A stretch of DNA of 64,000 nucleotides from Lama guanicoe (taxonomy: Eukaryota). A program made the position numbers and the translations under genes. How positions within the stretch are numbered: the first letter of the stretch is position 1; each line of letters opens with the position of its first letter. Under the pieces are notes generated by a model. That model did not search any database, was not told the DNA's origin, and saw nothing but the letters and a program-made list of their open reading frames with translations. The stretch is from positions 4,279,374 through 4,343,373 of the forward strand of contig MU054220.1 of NCBI GenBank assembly GCA_013239625.1. Reading direction: 5' to 3'. Shown here piece after piece: positions 40,400 to 55,139 of the stretch.

Positions 40400-41900
40400 T
40401 TGTCCCACTACTGATGTCAGACTGCTCGGAAACGCAAGCTCACCGCATTGCTCCTGTGTCAATGCTTCAGTGGTTTCCTACTGCTCACAGGTAATATTCC
40501 AAAATCGTCCATAAGGTACCAGGTATTTCATGATCTGGGCCCCCTGCAGGCTTCACCTTCTGCCTCTCCCTCACAAGCCTCCTTCACTCCTGCCACACTC
40601 GAAGTTCTCTAAACCATCACGCTCTCTTGTCCCTCTGATCTCTGAATCTGCTAGTCCTTCTGATAGACCCCTTCTCCCTATCTCTGATTAAATGATACCT
40701 ACCTTTCTTTTTTAACACTCAGATCATAATTTAACATCGTTCTGGAAGTACTAACCAAGGTAATTATATAAAAGGTAATAAAAGGTTCAGATATTGGAAA
40801 AAGGAAGCAAAATTCACATTAGGTATGACTGTATCTAGAAGACACAGAGAATCAACTTTAAAAAGATGAAACAATTATAGAATTCAGTAAAACAGTATTA
40901 CAAAATGTATATACAAAAGCCAAACTATGTATTCATATAAAAGTAACCAGTTAGAAACCATGATGTCAGAGCATAAGAAAGATAAAATGCCTAAGGAAAA
41001 AATGTTCAGGACTTGTGAAGGACCCATACAAAGAAAACTAAAATTCTACTAGAAAGACAAATCTTACTTCGGGGTAGCATGATCTACTGCAATGCAAATT
41101 CCCCAAAGGCATGGATTTTTCTCTGCTTTGTTGACTGACATATTTCAAGTACCAAGAACACTGCCTGGAACATAGCAGGCAATCAGTAAATACCTACTGA
41201 CTGAATAAATGCCTAAAACAATCTAAAAATTCAATGTGACCAATCAAAATACAAACAGGATTTACATTTGTATTCTGGGAGAAACTGATAAAGAGATAAT
41301 CAACCTTCCACTTGAAAAATACACACATGTAAGATCAGATGAGCAAAAATCCAAGTACTCAGGGTTACTGAAAGCATGGAAAACTAGAACAACCAAAATG
41401 TTACTGGTGGAACTAGGAAACTGTAATAGTCTTTTCAAAGGGCAATGTGTTAATATCTATTAACATTCAAAATGTGTTTATTCTTTCAGCAATTTCTCAG
41501 CTAGAATTCTATAGATACATTCACACATTTATGTGCAAAAATATATGAAAGGATATCCCTTGTGTTACTGTTTGAAAATAGGGGGGAGAAAAAGCAATCT
41601 AAATCTCTGTCAATAACAGATCTGCATGATCTGCATGTAAGATACATCTAAACGATGGAATATCATATAGCCATCCTTAAAACTGAAATATACCTGTATA
41701 GAATGAAAGGGAAGTCCATGATCTGTTACTAAAGTAAAAAAGGAAAGATGTAGAATATGTGTAATATGATCCCATTTGTGTTCTAAAATTATATAGTTAT
41801 GTTTATATAAGGATTAGAAACATTCTGGAAGGTAACCTTTGGTAACAGATTCAAGGGAGGAGATGGACAGAAGGAAACTCTACCTCAAGCAGAACAGAAA
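40400..41900 (+). mobile_element. Cluster of L2 fragments (about 40400-40740 and 41070-41210) and L1ME-type fragments
   Basis: L2 motifs: cttcagtggtttcctactgctc and tgcctggaacatagcaggcaatcagtaaata. L1ME motifs: gatggaatatcatatagcca and atatgatcccatttgtg. Confidence 0.7.
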
Positions 41901-42867
41901 GGTGTTTGCTGTTGTTCTGATTTTACTGTAAGTGTGTATTTACTTCCTCTCAGGCACCCCCGCTCTGGGAAGTGTCCTGAACCCTCCCACCCAGGAGCAC
42001 AGGCTGACGGGTGCTCCCTCCGCAGTCCACAGTCCGTGGACCACTCTATTACAGGACTTTTCACACGACTGCTGCCTCACTTGCTGGCTTCCCAGTTAGT
42101 GAAGAGTTCCTTTGAGGGCAGGCCCTGGCTTCTTCTTCTGCTTTCTCAGCACCTGGTGGAGTGCCTGCCACACAGTAACCACCTAATAAAAGATGTAGGG
42201 AGGGAGGGCCCTACGTGAAGATTAACCAGGTAGCAGCACACAGTGTGATCCAGAGAAAAGTATTATCAGGGGACAAGGACGGCTGGCAATTATTCAGTGG
42301 AGAGGAGTCCACATCTCTCACGTGGAAGCCACGGCAGGTGTGCTCCCAAGAAGCTGGGAAGCAGTAACTGCCAGCCCCAAAGCTTCAGGCACTTTCTGTG
42401 AGGAAGGCATGGCCAGTGCCACACTCCCGAGGATGCTTGAGGGAGTCACGGGTATCTCGTGACTCCCTCAAGCAAGGACCAAACCCTGAGAGCAGCTTCT
42501 AACCACCCCACCTTGCTGCTAGAAATACGCAGGGGCCTCAGCCCCAGTCCTGAGCAACCCACATTGCCCCTAGATCACTTGTGCTGATGATTTTCCACAC
42601 TGCGGTTTTTGAGATGTTAACTGACATAATCCATGTAAAGCACTTAGCACAGTCCCTGGCACAAGAATAAGCTATTAAGCTGCTTACAATCTTTTCAAGA
42701 GTTCAAAGCGCTGTAACTGCAGAAGTCATCAGGAAGTCTTCCATGTCCAACAAGACCCAGGTCTCCCTGTTTATTTCTGCCATCAATAAGTGTCCTGTCT
42801 CCCTGAGCACATTCAAAACAAACTGGAAGCTGCTGCTTCAGTGTTTCTGACCTTTGTCATCATTTCA

Positions 42868-43305
<438 letters not shown>

Positions 43306-43429
43306 TTACCCAAGGCAGTCAAACTAGAAGGCGAGCAAGTGAAATGCACATTGGATTCAATTCAGATATACAAGAAACTGCGTGGTAATGAAAATATCAA
43401 TGTGTTTTACCAGAGCAAGTTTATAGTCT

Positions 43430-46400
43430 TTTTTTTAATATATATATAAAACAAAGTACACACATCTTCAGGGTATAACTCAATTAATTTTTACATATGT
43501 ACATAACCTTATAACTACTACCCAGATAAAGATATAGAACATTCCAGTCCCCCAGGAGATTCCCTTACACAGCCTCCCAGTCAGTATCTCACCCTCTGAG
43601 AGTAATCATTATTTTGATTTCTTTTAAGCCCACTACTGTATCTCATATTAATGGAATCAAACAGTATTTACTCTTTTGTGTCTGACTTCTTTTGCTCAAT
43701 ACAGTAATATTAAAATCAGATTTTAGTGTTAAGTTATGCTGGTTGGCCCCATAAAATAAGCTGAAAAATTTCTATTCCTTGAGAAAAGTTTTGTAAAACT
43801 TTTCACTGAGGTATAGTTGATTTACAATGTTGGATTAGTTTCAACTGTACAGCAAAGTGATTTAGTTATACATATACATATATATTCTTTTTCAGATTCT
43901 TTTCCATTATATGTTATTATAAGATATTGAAAACAGTTCCCTGTGCTATACAGTAAGTCCTTGTTGTTTATTTATAGTTTATATAGTAGTGTGTATATAT
44001 TAATCCCAAACCCCTAATTTATCCCTCCCTACCCCACCTATTCACCCTTTGGTAACCATAGTTTGTGTCCTATGTCTGTAAATCTGTTTCTGGTTTGTAA
44101 ATAAGTTCCTTTGTATCTTCTTTTTTTTTTTTTTTAAGATTCCACATATAATGATATCATATATTTGTCTTTCTCTAATTTACTTCATTTAATATGGTAA
44201 TCTCTAGGTCCAGCTATTCCTTGAGAAATTTTATGAGAATTTTATTTCTTCCTTCAAAGATTTAGAATTCAAAGAAGCCATCTGGGCTAGATGTTTTGGG
44301 GTTTTTTGTTTTTTTCTTTTTTTTGGTGTGTAAAGTTTTCAAATCATGAATTAATTTTCTTTCATAGACATAAGATTGTGCATATTTTCATGTCTGTTTT
44401 GTAGGTAGTATTTTTCAAGAAATATGTTCATTTTATCTAAATTGTTAAATTTACTGGACTAAATATGTTAATGTCTATTAAATGCCTATAAAATCTGGAG
44501 CAATATATCTTTTTTCATTCCTGATATTGATAATCTGTGTTTTCTCTCTGAACTTGATCAGTCTCACTAGATGTTTATCAATTTTATTAATTTTTTTTTA
44601 AAAAGTAATGTTTGGTTTTGTTGATTTTCTTTATCTTACATTTTTTTCTATGTTGTTCCTTTCTGCTCTTATTTTTATCTTCTGTTTTAGGGACTTTAAT
44701 TCATCTTGCATTTAGTTTCTTGAGACTGAAGTTTAGCTATTTCAATCTTTCTTCTTTTTTAATACATGCAGTGTAAAGCTATAAATTTACTTCTATGCGC
44801 TACTTTAAATGCATCTCACATATTTATATATTATTTTCATTAAAATTTAGGTAAAAATTCTTTTTTAATTTCTACTTTGATACCTTCTTTGACATACAGG
44901 TCATTTAGGAGCATAACTTTAATTTCCAAACATTTTGGGATTTTCTATCTTTCTGCTACTGACTTCTACTTTAATTGTTCTCTGTAGTCAGAGAACATAC
45001 ATGTTAATTCAAAACTTTATAACTTATTTAAACTTGATTTATGGCCCAGTACACTGCTTACTTTTGTAAATCATCTATGTGAACTTAAAAAAAAAAGGAG
45101 TATCTTGCAGTTGCTGAATGTAATGTTTTACAATTATCAAGCAGAGTAAGTTGATTATTAATACTATTTAAATAGTCTATATACTTGATTTGATTCCCTC
45201 TCCCTGTATATGTGTGCATGTATGTATATGTGTGCTTATTTCAAAACTTTTACTTTCAAATTTGTGCACTCAAAGCTTGTCTCAAGATTGTCTCTTTATA
45301 AAGAGGATATAAATGGATTTTAATGTTTTAAAAATCTCTGGCTTCCAATTGTACATACAGTCCATTTACATTTAATGTAATTTCTGATGTGGCTGAGTTT
45401 AAGTGTATGCTCATTCTATTTGTTTCATCTGTTCTTTTTCTTTTATCCATCCTTTCTTGCCTTTAGGATTGATCAAATTTTATTACTATTCCATGGGTTT
45501 TTTCCTTCATTAGTTTGCTTAATTAGTTTTTTAATATTCTTTTAGTGGCTATCCTAGCAATTAAAGTAAGTATCACTAATTTATTATATTATACTTCAAA
45601 TTAGTAATTTTGCAACTTACCAAAAATACAAAAAACTTCATTTATCCTCTCCCATCCGTTATGCTATTAGTGTCAAATATTTTTCTTCTGTATATTTTAA
45701 ATCTCGCAAGACATCATTATTATTGCTTTTAAAAGTAAATCTTTATTTATATTTACCATATCTTTACCCTTTCTGGCATTCTTCATTCCTTCATGTACAT
45801 CTGAACCTCCGTCTCAAATTATCTTCCTGTTGCTTGAAGAATTTATCTAGCTAGCTAGCTGCAGGTCAGCTGGCAGCAAATTCTCTCATTTTTACTTGTT
45901 TAACAGTTTCTCTCCCCTCAACCCTGCCCCTCACTGGCCAGCCTTAAACACCGACCTTTACCTCGCCTGCACTATGTACCATTGCTGAAATAGCCACACA
46001 GCTTGCTAAGACTCCCAGCTGCTTTCTTCTGTAGGGGTTCTCGGAGTCTTGCTCTGATCGTGTGCACTTTAGGAGTTGGCAAGCACCTTAAGGGAAGATA
46101 ACATGCCCATTTTTTGCTCATTTCCCTGTGGTTTCCATTGCCCTGGGGTTTTGTCCTTCAAATCCCAGATACTTTGGAAGCCCCAACTCCAGCCTCTCAG
46201 CCCTGTGTGACTGCTTTCGGCTAAGACCCTGTACCCTGGGCTGTGAATTAGGAAGTGCCTGCAGGGAAGGAGCCAGAGTGAACAGGTAGTTGCCTTCCAT
46301 GTGCTCCTGTCTCTCAGGAATTGTCTGTCCCTCAAGTACTGACTGCATGGGTTGCTCTCCTGTGCCTCTAAACTGTTGTCTCATCTATTTAAGCAAATTT

Positions 46401-46450
46401 CTAAACTTCTTTTTATTTTATTGACAGGAGGGTTACTCCCAAACCAGCTG
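43430..46450 (-). mobile_element. Old L1M fragments, antisense, hosting the 43.8-kb insertion
   Basis: T-rich, with aagctataaatttac, gtagtcagagaacatac, ttatggcccag and gcagcaaattctctca. Confidence 0.8.
43787..44213 (-). mobile_element. L1 3'-end insertion (L1_Art-like) with a 15-bp target-site duplication, nested in older L1
   Basis: Contains gtatagttgatttacaatgtt...gttccctgtgctatacagta...gattccacatata. CTATTCCTTGAGAAA occurs at 43772-43786 and 44214-44228. Confidence 0.88.
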
Positions 46451-49400
46451 CTCCGTCACAGTCCAATGTAATCTTCTGAAAGAAGACAAGGTGTCTTACC
46501 CAAGCATAGTTTAAACTCAATTCCTAATGAAAGCAGGATGCTGATGTAGATGTCCTCTCCAGTTTCATTCAGCCTATGTGTCCAATCAAAATCAGAGGCT
46601 ATTAGGATTTACACAAGGGGACGAAAATATCAAAGCTGAGCATGAGAAACTGGAAGCACAACCAAAAATAGGTAGAGGAAGAAGACACTTTCGAGTCTAG
46701 ACTTGCTGACTTTGGTTCTGTTTCCTGGGCAAGTCCTCTACTCATTAGTTAATGCCTGGGATAACTTCTGAGTTATGTGATGACTATTGTCTCCACTAAC
46801 AATAAGAAGAATGCGAAGCATCACAATGCAAATTTCTCCTATGCAAAGAAAATCAGAAACAGATTCAGCTTCCAAGGGCATTTGACTTAAGCTGTCCTGT
46901 GGTTTGCCATCTGGGTACGGCCTGGGGGCCTGCTGGCTGCCTGCTGCTGCTTCTTAGATACACTCCACTCACTCCAACCTCACTCCTGCTCAGTCATGGT
47001 GCTGCTTTCCCTCCCATCATCCAGCAAAATACCTAAAGTTTATGAAACCTAAAGAATCTATCTTCTCTGTGAAACCTTTACTGATCCCCTCAATATCAAC
47101 AATCTTCCCTTACTATGAAATCCCTCAGCATGTATAGCCTTTACCTTATAGGTTGGGTCTGGTATACACAGCCCTGTAATTGCTTCCCTGTTATTTCAGA
47201 TGATCGCTTTTCTCTCTCCTGCTAGACTGTGAATTCAGTGGGTATAAAAACTGGCATTTCTTAATTAGTTTCCTTGCAAGTGTTAGAATGTTTTGCCTGT
47301 TGCAAAGCACTTTTGTAGCCAGGTCTCATTTGCTCTTTATAACCAGTTTGTCACTTATTTGGGGGGCAGATACAAGTTTCATTTTTTATGTGAGGAAATT
47401 GAGATACAAAGCTGTTAAGAGGCAAAGTCACAGTGCAAACCCATGATTCCTAACTTTGAAGTCAGACCTTTTCCTACCCTGTTCTAGAGTACGAAACACT
47501 CGGTATGTTTTAGGAAATGGTCCTCTACCAAGGAACTGGAAGGGTAAAAATTCACAAAGAAGCGTGAGCCCACAGAGAAACACACACAGCTTAAATATTT
47601 AACCTCTTTTTCTACCCAGATGGGTCCCTCATCATGTTCTTTTATTTTAAATCATACCACATTCAAACTTAAGCATTCCAAAGCTGCATGTTCACATTTA
47701 ACCACAGCGGAGACAGCAGCATTTGGGATTTATAGAAAACAACGACTGGTAGCAAATCCACCCAGAATACCAGCCAAAGGCACAACTGCAGGACAGAGCT
47801 TCTGATTTAGGATGTCTCAAATCATCTCAGCCTGTCCACCAAATTGTAGTTCTCTCAGAAAGGAAGCAAGCTTTGCCAGTAAGCATGGCTCAAGTGTCTC
47901 AGCCTGAGGATAGGTGAACTTCTCAGGCTTAATTATTTCTGCAGGGCCTCTTCAACACCCTCAAGTGTTTGGAAGGCATAATTTACTGCCCCTCCAGGAC
48001 TCAGCGTCAGCCACTTTTCGGCAGAGAGGAAGGAGATTTCAGCTATGCTGGCAATGCATGAAAGCACCACTGTTCCCACCCAGGGAGCAAATGCAAATGC
48101 TTATCATGTTTTCGGTTTTTTCCCCCTAAAACATGGGTCACACTTATCTCTATCTAATTCTTCGGCAGCTCTGCAGACTCCCCCGCCACTCTACACTGGG
48201 GATCCACACAGCTGAGAGGTAGGTCGCATGTGAACTGGTCATAGCAATTATAACCCTGAATGAAGCATTCAGCCTTTCTTCATGAACAGATATCACAGTA
48301 ATTTTGTAAAACATGCAGGTTTCAAAGCATAAGAACTGAAAAGTTCTGATGATGCTTTCAAACATGAGAATCACAAAGCAAAGGGCAAGAACTGGGCCAA
48401 TTTGAAACTGTCATAAGCAAATAAGTACTCCAAATTGAAACTGCTACTTTGGTTTAACTTCTTTGATCTTCAGTAATATAAAGCCAACAGGATTAGCAAT
48501 AACAAGTGTTTAAAGGAAGCCCATGTGGTACGGTAGAAAGAGCCAGGCTGACGAGCATCTTGCACAATTTTAAGCTACTTAACCTCCCTGTTTCTTGAAC
48601 CTATGAGATGGAGACCACACCGCCTGTCTCCTGGAGCTGAAGACCCAGGAGATGGTTTGTAAAGCTCCTCACTCAGGGATGGTGCAGAACAGACAATCAG
48701 AAAATGGTAGCTCTCTCCTCAACATATGCACCCACCCCGTTCCCGCAGGTGCCCTGTCACTTAATGTTAGAACGCATCCAACACTGTTCTGGGTTGGGAT
48801 TGGAGGAAGGGGAAGAGGAGCGACAGAATGGGATCCCAGCATTATACTCCCTTCATCTCAATTCTTGAAGCCAGTAAAGAAATTCAACCAGTATCACAAA
48901 AATACATCAAATCCGACTGTGACGGAACTTCATACTGAAAAGCACAGCAACCAGTAACACGTCCCTTCTACCTGAACCTCTAAGCTCCCGAGGAAGAGGA
49001 CAGCACTTCTCTGGAAACCACAAGGGTGAGAATACATCTGCTCCTGCTCACCACGGACCCCCCCAGCCTCCAGCACAGTGCCTGTCAGAGTGGGCAGGCA
49101 AACACCCGCTGACAGAATGAATCCACCTCCCTCACAGGCACCACACGCATCTCACCCAACTTTCCAAGTCTTCTAAGTACCAACCCACGAGGTTAAAGGG
49201 GAAAAAACCATCATTTAATAATAATGATCACATCCTGTATACAGAATTTTAAAAGGTAAGAGATGAGGGAACTGGATTTGAGGGAAAATTTGTTTCTGGG
49301 TGAAAGAGCAAGGCAGAAACGGGATGACAAGTGCCCCTTACATTATAAGTGTATAGACTGCCAGAGAGAGAAACGGTTGTTAAGTCTATGCCATGTAAGT

Positions 49401-49979
49401 CTGCCACGCAGAAGTGGACAGGACATCTCACAGTGCAAAGATTACATATAAGAACTCCAGGACCCCAGAGCAGTCCAAGAGCATCCGCATCCCAAGGTAC
49501 AACGACAGCTCCCAGCGCCCTTGCATCAGCAGCCAGCTCTGCACTGCCCTTTTCATCACAGCCTCCTGAACGTGACCCAGGTCAATGGGCTTCGTTTTTG
49601 CTTATTATAGAACTTTCCTAATGACAACCACAAAATGAAACAAAACAATAAACCAGCCTGCTATGCCTCTGTCCCAAGTCCCAAGAGGTAACACTGTCCC
49701 GACACCTGACAATGACAGGTAACTGTGGATCAGTGGGTGCCCAAATACTGCTCTATTTCCTCACCCCCAACCCACTGGTTGGCCACAACATAAAGGATCT
49801 GCTTCTGCTTAGGATGCAGAGAGCCACAAGAGAACACGGGAGCCACCACAGCAATGAGGAAAGACCCCAGCTGACACACTCACACTGTAACTTGTCTTGG
49901 GCCCACCAGAGAGCTGCGGTCATAAGGCAATCAGGAAAATCAAATTTCAAAGAGTGACAAGCTCCTCCAGGAGTGACAG

Positions 49980-51700
49980 GACACTCAGATCACTCCAGCT
50001 TTGGAAGAACACAGAAGGCAGAGGTGGCTGCTGACAAAGCAGCCAAAGAAAACAGCTACAATTTTAACAAATTCTTAAAACTGAGTGCGGGCTGGTGGGG
50101 CAGTTTGGAAGTTCTAGACAGAAGCAGAGTCTGCACTCCCTTGCAAGTTCTTTTCTGCTGGAGGTTCTTGGGGAAAGACTGGGGCAGAGAAGGAAACAAA
50201 GAGACCCCCCTCAGCGGAACACAGGTAGAAAACCCTGCCTGTTTCTTGGATCTTTCTTCATCCAAAGCAAAACCTCCACCTGCTGGGGAAGGAGCAGGAA
50301 ACCCTCCCACCCCGAATGTCCGGACACAGATGTCCTGCCCCTGGGAGAGGAGAAAGGCAGCCTGCCCAGAAAGGAACCAACCCTCCCAGCTCCCAGAAGA
50401 CCACCGCTGCAGGGGAGGGCAACGCAAAAGCCGTCTGCTCCCAAGGGAGGGGCAGGACACTGTCCCACCAGCAATCTAGACAAAGGGACACTGCCCTGGT
50501 GGGAGAAGCAGAAGCAAAAGTCACCTGCCCTGAAGGACAAGCAGGCAAACTTGCTCAGGTCAGGCTCCTCCACCGATACAGAGATCAGCTACCACTAAGG
50601 GAGGATCAGGAAACCCCATCCAACCTCAGACCTCCACAGATAAGGGGAAGACCACAGCTGCCACGGAGGGGCAGCAGGAACGCTGCGCAATTCCACCTCC
50701 AAGGCCCAGCGAACAAGCCTGCCAGACTGAGGCTGGACCAGGGGAATGGAATCCTACTGCCCCAACACGAGCCTGGCACCACATACAAGCAATGCAAGTC
50801 TACCACTGATGGGAGCAAGGCCTCCTGTGTAGCACAGCTGGCAGGGCCTGCTGGAAGTGGAGGGTGAGGCTGGGACAATGAGAAAAACCCCAGTACCTTG
50901 GGCCCCACATTAAGAACAAGGGAGCAGCAGGTAACCACTGGCAGCACCGGAAGTCTTTGGCACTGACGGTAACTCGAGATTCAGAAAAATCCAAACCCAT
51001 CCCAATTACACATTAGACTGAGTCAACCTCCCAGGTTAATGGCTCACAGAAGAAGAGGTCTGCCCATTTCTGGACATGGCATTTATTTTAGGTCTCCTGT
51101 TTTTCTAACACACCATGTCCATCATTTAATCAGAATTTAACAGAAACAAAATATAAGAGAAAGCAATCCACTGTCATAACAGAAAGCCGTCAGCAGGACC
51201 AGATCAAAGACGACCAAGACATTGGAACTATTAGATGGGGACATAACTATAAACAATATGTTAAAGAATCTAGTGAAACAGGTGGACAACTTGCATGAAT
51301 AGATGGGAGTATTCAGTAAAGAGATGGACACTATTAAAAAGAGCCAAATGAAAATGCTAGCAATAAAAAGCATAATATATTATTCCTTCAATTGGCTTAT
51401 CAGCACGCTAGATATAGCAGAGGAAAGAAATACTGCAGTGAACTGGAAAAAAGAAAAAGAAAATTATCCAAACCTAAATTCGAAGAGAAAAAAGAGTAAA
51501 AGAAAACAGAACAGAGCATCCAAGAACTCTAGGACCATATCAAACGTCCTAAGTACCTGTAATTGGAGTCCCAAAAGCGGGGGTAGGAAACAAGGCAACA
51601 GATATATTTAAAGAAATAATAGCTAAGAATTTTCCAAAATTAATGAAAAACAACAACAGGCTGAGTAAGTGCAGAGAACCAAGACAGATTAAATAAAGCA
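49980..51700 (+). mobile_element. Old L1 5' UTR plus ORF1 fragment
   Basis: A GC-richer 5'-UTR-like part is followed by ORF1 remnants (gagatggacactattaaaaagagccaaatgaaaatgctag, tgtaattggagtccca, gctaagaattttccaaaattaatgaaa). Confidence 0.7.
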
Positions 51701-52939
51701 TTCACCTTCTCCCTCAGGAAGTTCAAGAAACAGCTGCACTGTTAAAGATGCGAAAGCACTTCTGCCTCTGAGCAACCTGAGAGATTCAAGAGATCTGAGT
51801 ACAGGAGGTTTTCTCTCCATCACCAACACCGACAGAACCATTTATCTCAGGTGAAGGGCTGGAAAATACTTCCATGCCGCACGGATTAATTTTTCAAAGC
51901 TGTGTCTGAAGATGAATCTGAAAACTTCCAAAGGGATTCCAAGTCTTTCCAAACACCATCGCACCACAGGCTGATCATCTCCTTTTCATTTGTTTCCTGT
52001 GACAAATGGAACCACTGAGCATTCCTTCTGTTGCCCCAAAGCCTCTTATGCAGCCGGCTCTGCAGGGTTACACTGGTTCCTGTCCCGGCTACCTTCCTGT
52101 CCAGGTGAGAGGGCCGGAGCAGGGAGCCCGGTGCTCTTCATGGGTAACCTCATGACAGCCCAGAGGCAGCAGAGACTGGCTCTCACAATCTCCACGTGGC
52201 AGCTGAAAACGCCCCATGGTGAAGTCAAATGCGAATCCCAGCATCCCGATTCCTAGTTGAGAATCACTGCAAGACTGGTTTTGTTTATTCTTTTGCTCAC
52301 TCCATTTTTATAAACATAAGAGCTCAAGACAACACACTTAAGATGAGACAGAGAAAGAAAGACCAACAAAAAAACCCCTCGGGGCATTTCTCACGGGATG
52401 AAGGTTTTACAGAAAGGTACTCGGCCCACGTTGCTGATTTTTCTAGAAGAGAAGAGGAAGTTCACAAACAGTTGACACTCCTTTACTCAATGAATCAACA
52501 AACAGTATACAAAGGATTTACCTTCTTTAAAATAGAGATTTCTAAAGCAAAAAAGGTTAATATACCTGGAATTTATCAGCACTCCATTTTTCTTTACTTA
52601 TAATATTTATTTTGTTAATTTAACTACACTGAACACACCTTACTCCATAAAATCTGAGCGCCACTCCATACTCATGAAGCTACTTTACGCACCCTCCCCA
52701 TACGCCTCCTCCACCCGGAGTCCCCGATACCCACCCAGGCACTTCTCCATCATCCAGCGCAGTTTTCCCACCATCTCAATTACTTGAACACAGCACTTGA
52801 GGAACCCGCATACATCACACTCACTAGAACTTTCCACAAAGCCACAAACATCTGTTCACATGATAGTAGCAGAGTTCATTTCACAAGTTTTTGGTAGGTG
52901 TAAATTTTTTTATTTCTTTACCATGCAAACTTGTAATCA

Positions 52940-53640
52940 CTTTCTTTTTAACCTTTCATTTTGAAATAATTGTAGACTTAGAGAATAGTTGTACTGGTAG
53001 TACAGAGAGTTCCCAAATACCCCTGCCCACTCCTCCTAATGTTAACACCTTGCATCTCCACGGTACCACGATCAGAACGAAGATATCAACATTTAGTTAA
53101 TTCTATTCACTAGACTACAGATTTTCTTTTTTATCTCTTTGGATTTTCCCAGTTTTCTTCTAAGGTCATTTTCCTGTTCCAGGATCTAATCCAGGACACA
53201 GCAGTGCATTTAGCTGTCACTCCTCCTGTCCCCTCCCGCCTGCGGCAGCTCCTCATCTTCCTTGTACTTCGTGCCCTTGATGCTTTTGCCTGGTGCTGGT
53301 CAGGAATTCTGTAGAATGTCCCTCTTTTGGGTTGGTCTGATGTTTTCTAATTATTAGACCGAGCTTACAGATTTTGGAGAATACTCCACAGATGGCATGC
53401 CCTTCTGTTCACTTCATATCAGGAGACACACAATCTCAACATGGCTTATTACAAGGGAAGTTAACCATGAGCACCTGGTTAAGGAGGGGCCTGCCAGGCT
53501 TCTCCTCTAAAAAGTTACTATCCCCTAATCTATACTATTCCATAATCTATTCATTAGAAGCAAGTCACACTATGTTCGTTCTACATTCAAAGGGCAGATA
53601 ATTAAACTCCATCCCCTGGAGGAGGGAGTATCAAAGAATT
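52940..53640 (-). mobile_element. L1MC-type 3' UTR
   Basis: ttttgaaataattgtagactta...ctgttccaggatctaatccagga...ggagggagtatcaaagaattt. Confidence 0.8.
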
Positions 53641-54384
53641 TAGCACATTATTTTTAGTGTTCTTTATGTATTCACTGGGTATTACATTTTTTTAACCTAG
53701 TCTGTGTACATACAGCATGGCATTTTATTAAAATCCTTAAGCCTATGGAGATTTGTGGCTGATGGAAATATTAAAACATTTTCTTTCCTCATTAATAATT
53801 TCACTAAATAAAAAATCTGACATTTGCCTTAAATGTTAACTTGAAGCCTGATAACATATCTCATCTATTAAAAAGAGAAAAAGCATCTAGCCAGTTTTTA
53901 TTAAAAATCTTAAGAGGTGAAATCTACTGAGGCCTCAAGTATTTCTATATTTCAATTGCTTCTAGTCTCATATTTTAACGTTATTCTAATATACACACAG
54001 CATTATTGTCCAAAAATAAAGTAAGTATCCAATTTGATAATTCGGAAAAAAATGAAAAAAACCTAAGAAAACTAGTAGAAGTGATTAATAAGGAAACAGA
54101 AAAAGAAAGGAATTTGAAAAACAGTCCAAGAGCTTTCCATGATTGGCTATTAAGAATGCCCTCGAGGATCAACTAAAAACCTACCAGAGCTAAAAAGAAA
54201 GTTCAGTAAAGTAGCCAGCTATAAAATAATTTTTTAAATAAACAAAACAAAAGCAAAAACTCATATCCCAGCAATACCCAGTGAGATCTTTTACACACAC
54301 ACACTCACAAATAAATACACACTGAATTAGTGGCAAAAGTCATCCCATTACCCCAACTTCTTACAGTCTCAATTATTCTTAGTC

Positions 54385-54845
54385 CTCGTGATAGACATTA
54401 GTTGTCTCGCCAACATCCATTACCTTCCTCATCTTTACTAACAAAGCCAAGTTAAAAGACTAAATTTCCCAGCCTCTTTAGCAGCCATGGATGACCGTGG
54501 GACACAGTACTGGTGCAGTCTCTGGGGATGAGAGCTTTCCTAACTAAAAAGTTAGTCTTTTTTCCTTGGCCTTTTCCCTTCTGCTTGCCTGGAATGCAGA
54601 CATGACTGGTTGGACCTGAAGCAGATGTATTGTAATTGAAAAGAAAAAGCCAGCATGCTGAAGGTGAAGGAGCAGAGAGAGAAAAGAAGCCTGCTTCTCT
54701 GACGGCTTCACTGAATCATTGCACCTGCCCTGGACCACCTACCTTTGGATTTCTTTTAATGTGAGTTGAGACATATAAACTCTGACTTCTCTAGCTATGG
54801 TCAGTGGAGTTTTCCTCTACATTCAGCTACATATCCCCCTGATAT
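54385..54845 (+). mobile_element. MaLR (MLT1-type) solo LTR
   Basis: tttcccagcctctttagcagc...gacacagtactgg, cttgcctggaatgcagacatga and cctacctttggatttctt. Confidence 0.75.
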
Positions 54846-55139
54846 TGTCCTCTTGTGTGAAGACCATAATATGGACTTCATTTCCGTAAACACAAAAGCA
54901 ATCATTATTTACACTTGATAGAATTTTTATATCTGGAAGTCTCAAGAGAATCAGATGGAAATATGCAAAGTAATTACAGAATCCAGGAAGGGAGATAATT
55001 GCAAAATACACATAATAAAGTCAAAAGTTTGGTTCCACCTCTAGTTATACTGTAGAAGGTTGCAAAAGACCGCCACTCCAGACCACCACCTGTCCTACAA
55101 GAAAAAAACTGGACAAAGTGTTTCAGCCAAAATTCAGAC

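Noticed and set aside
49973..51000. Stack of long overlapping ORFs (up to 183 aa) on both strands
   Set aside because: They lie in the GC-richer 5' region of an old L1, with no recognisable domain or splice structure. The stop-poor composition explains them.
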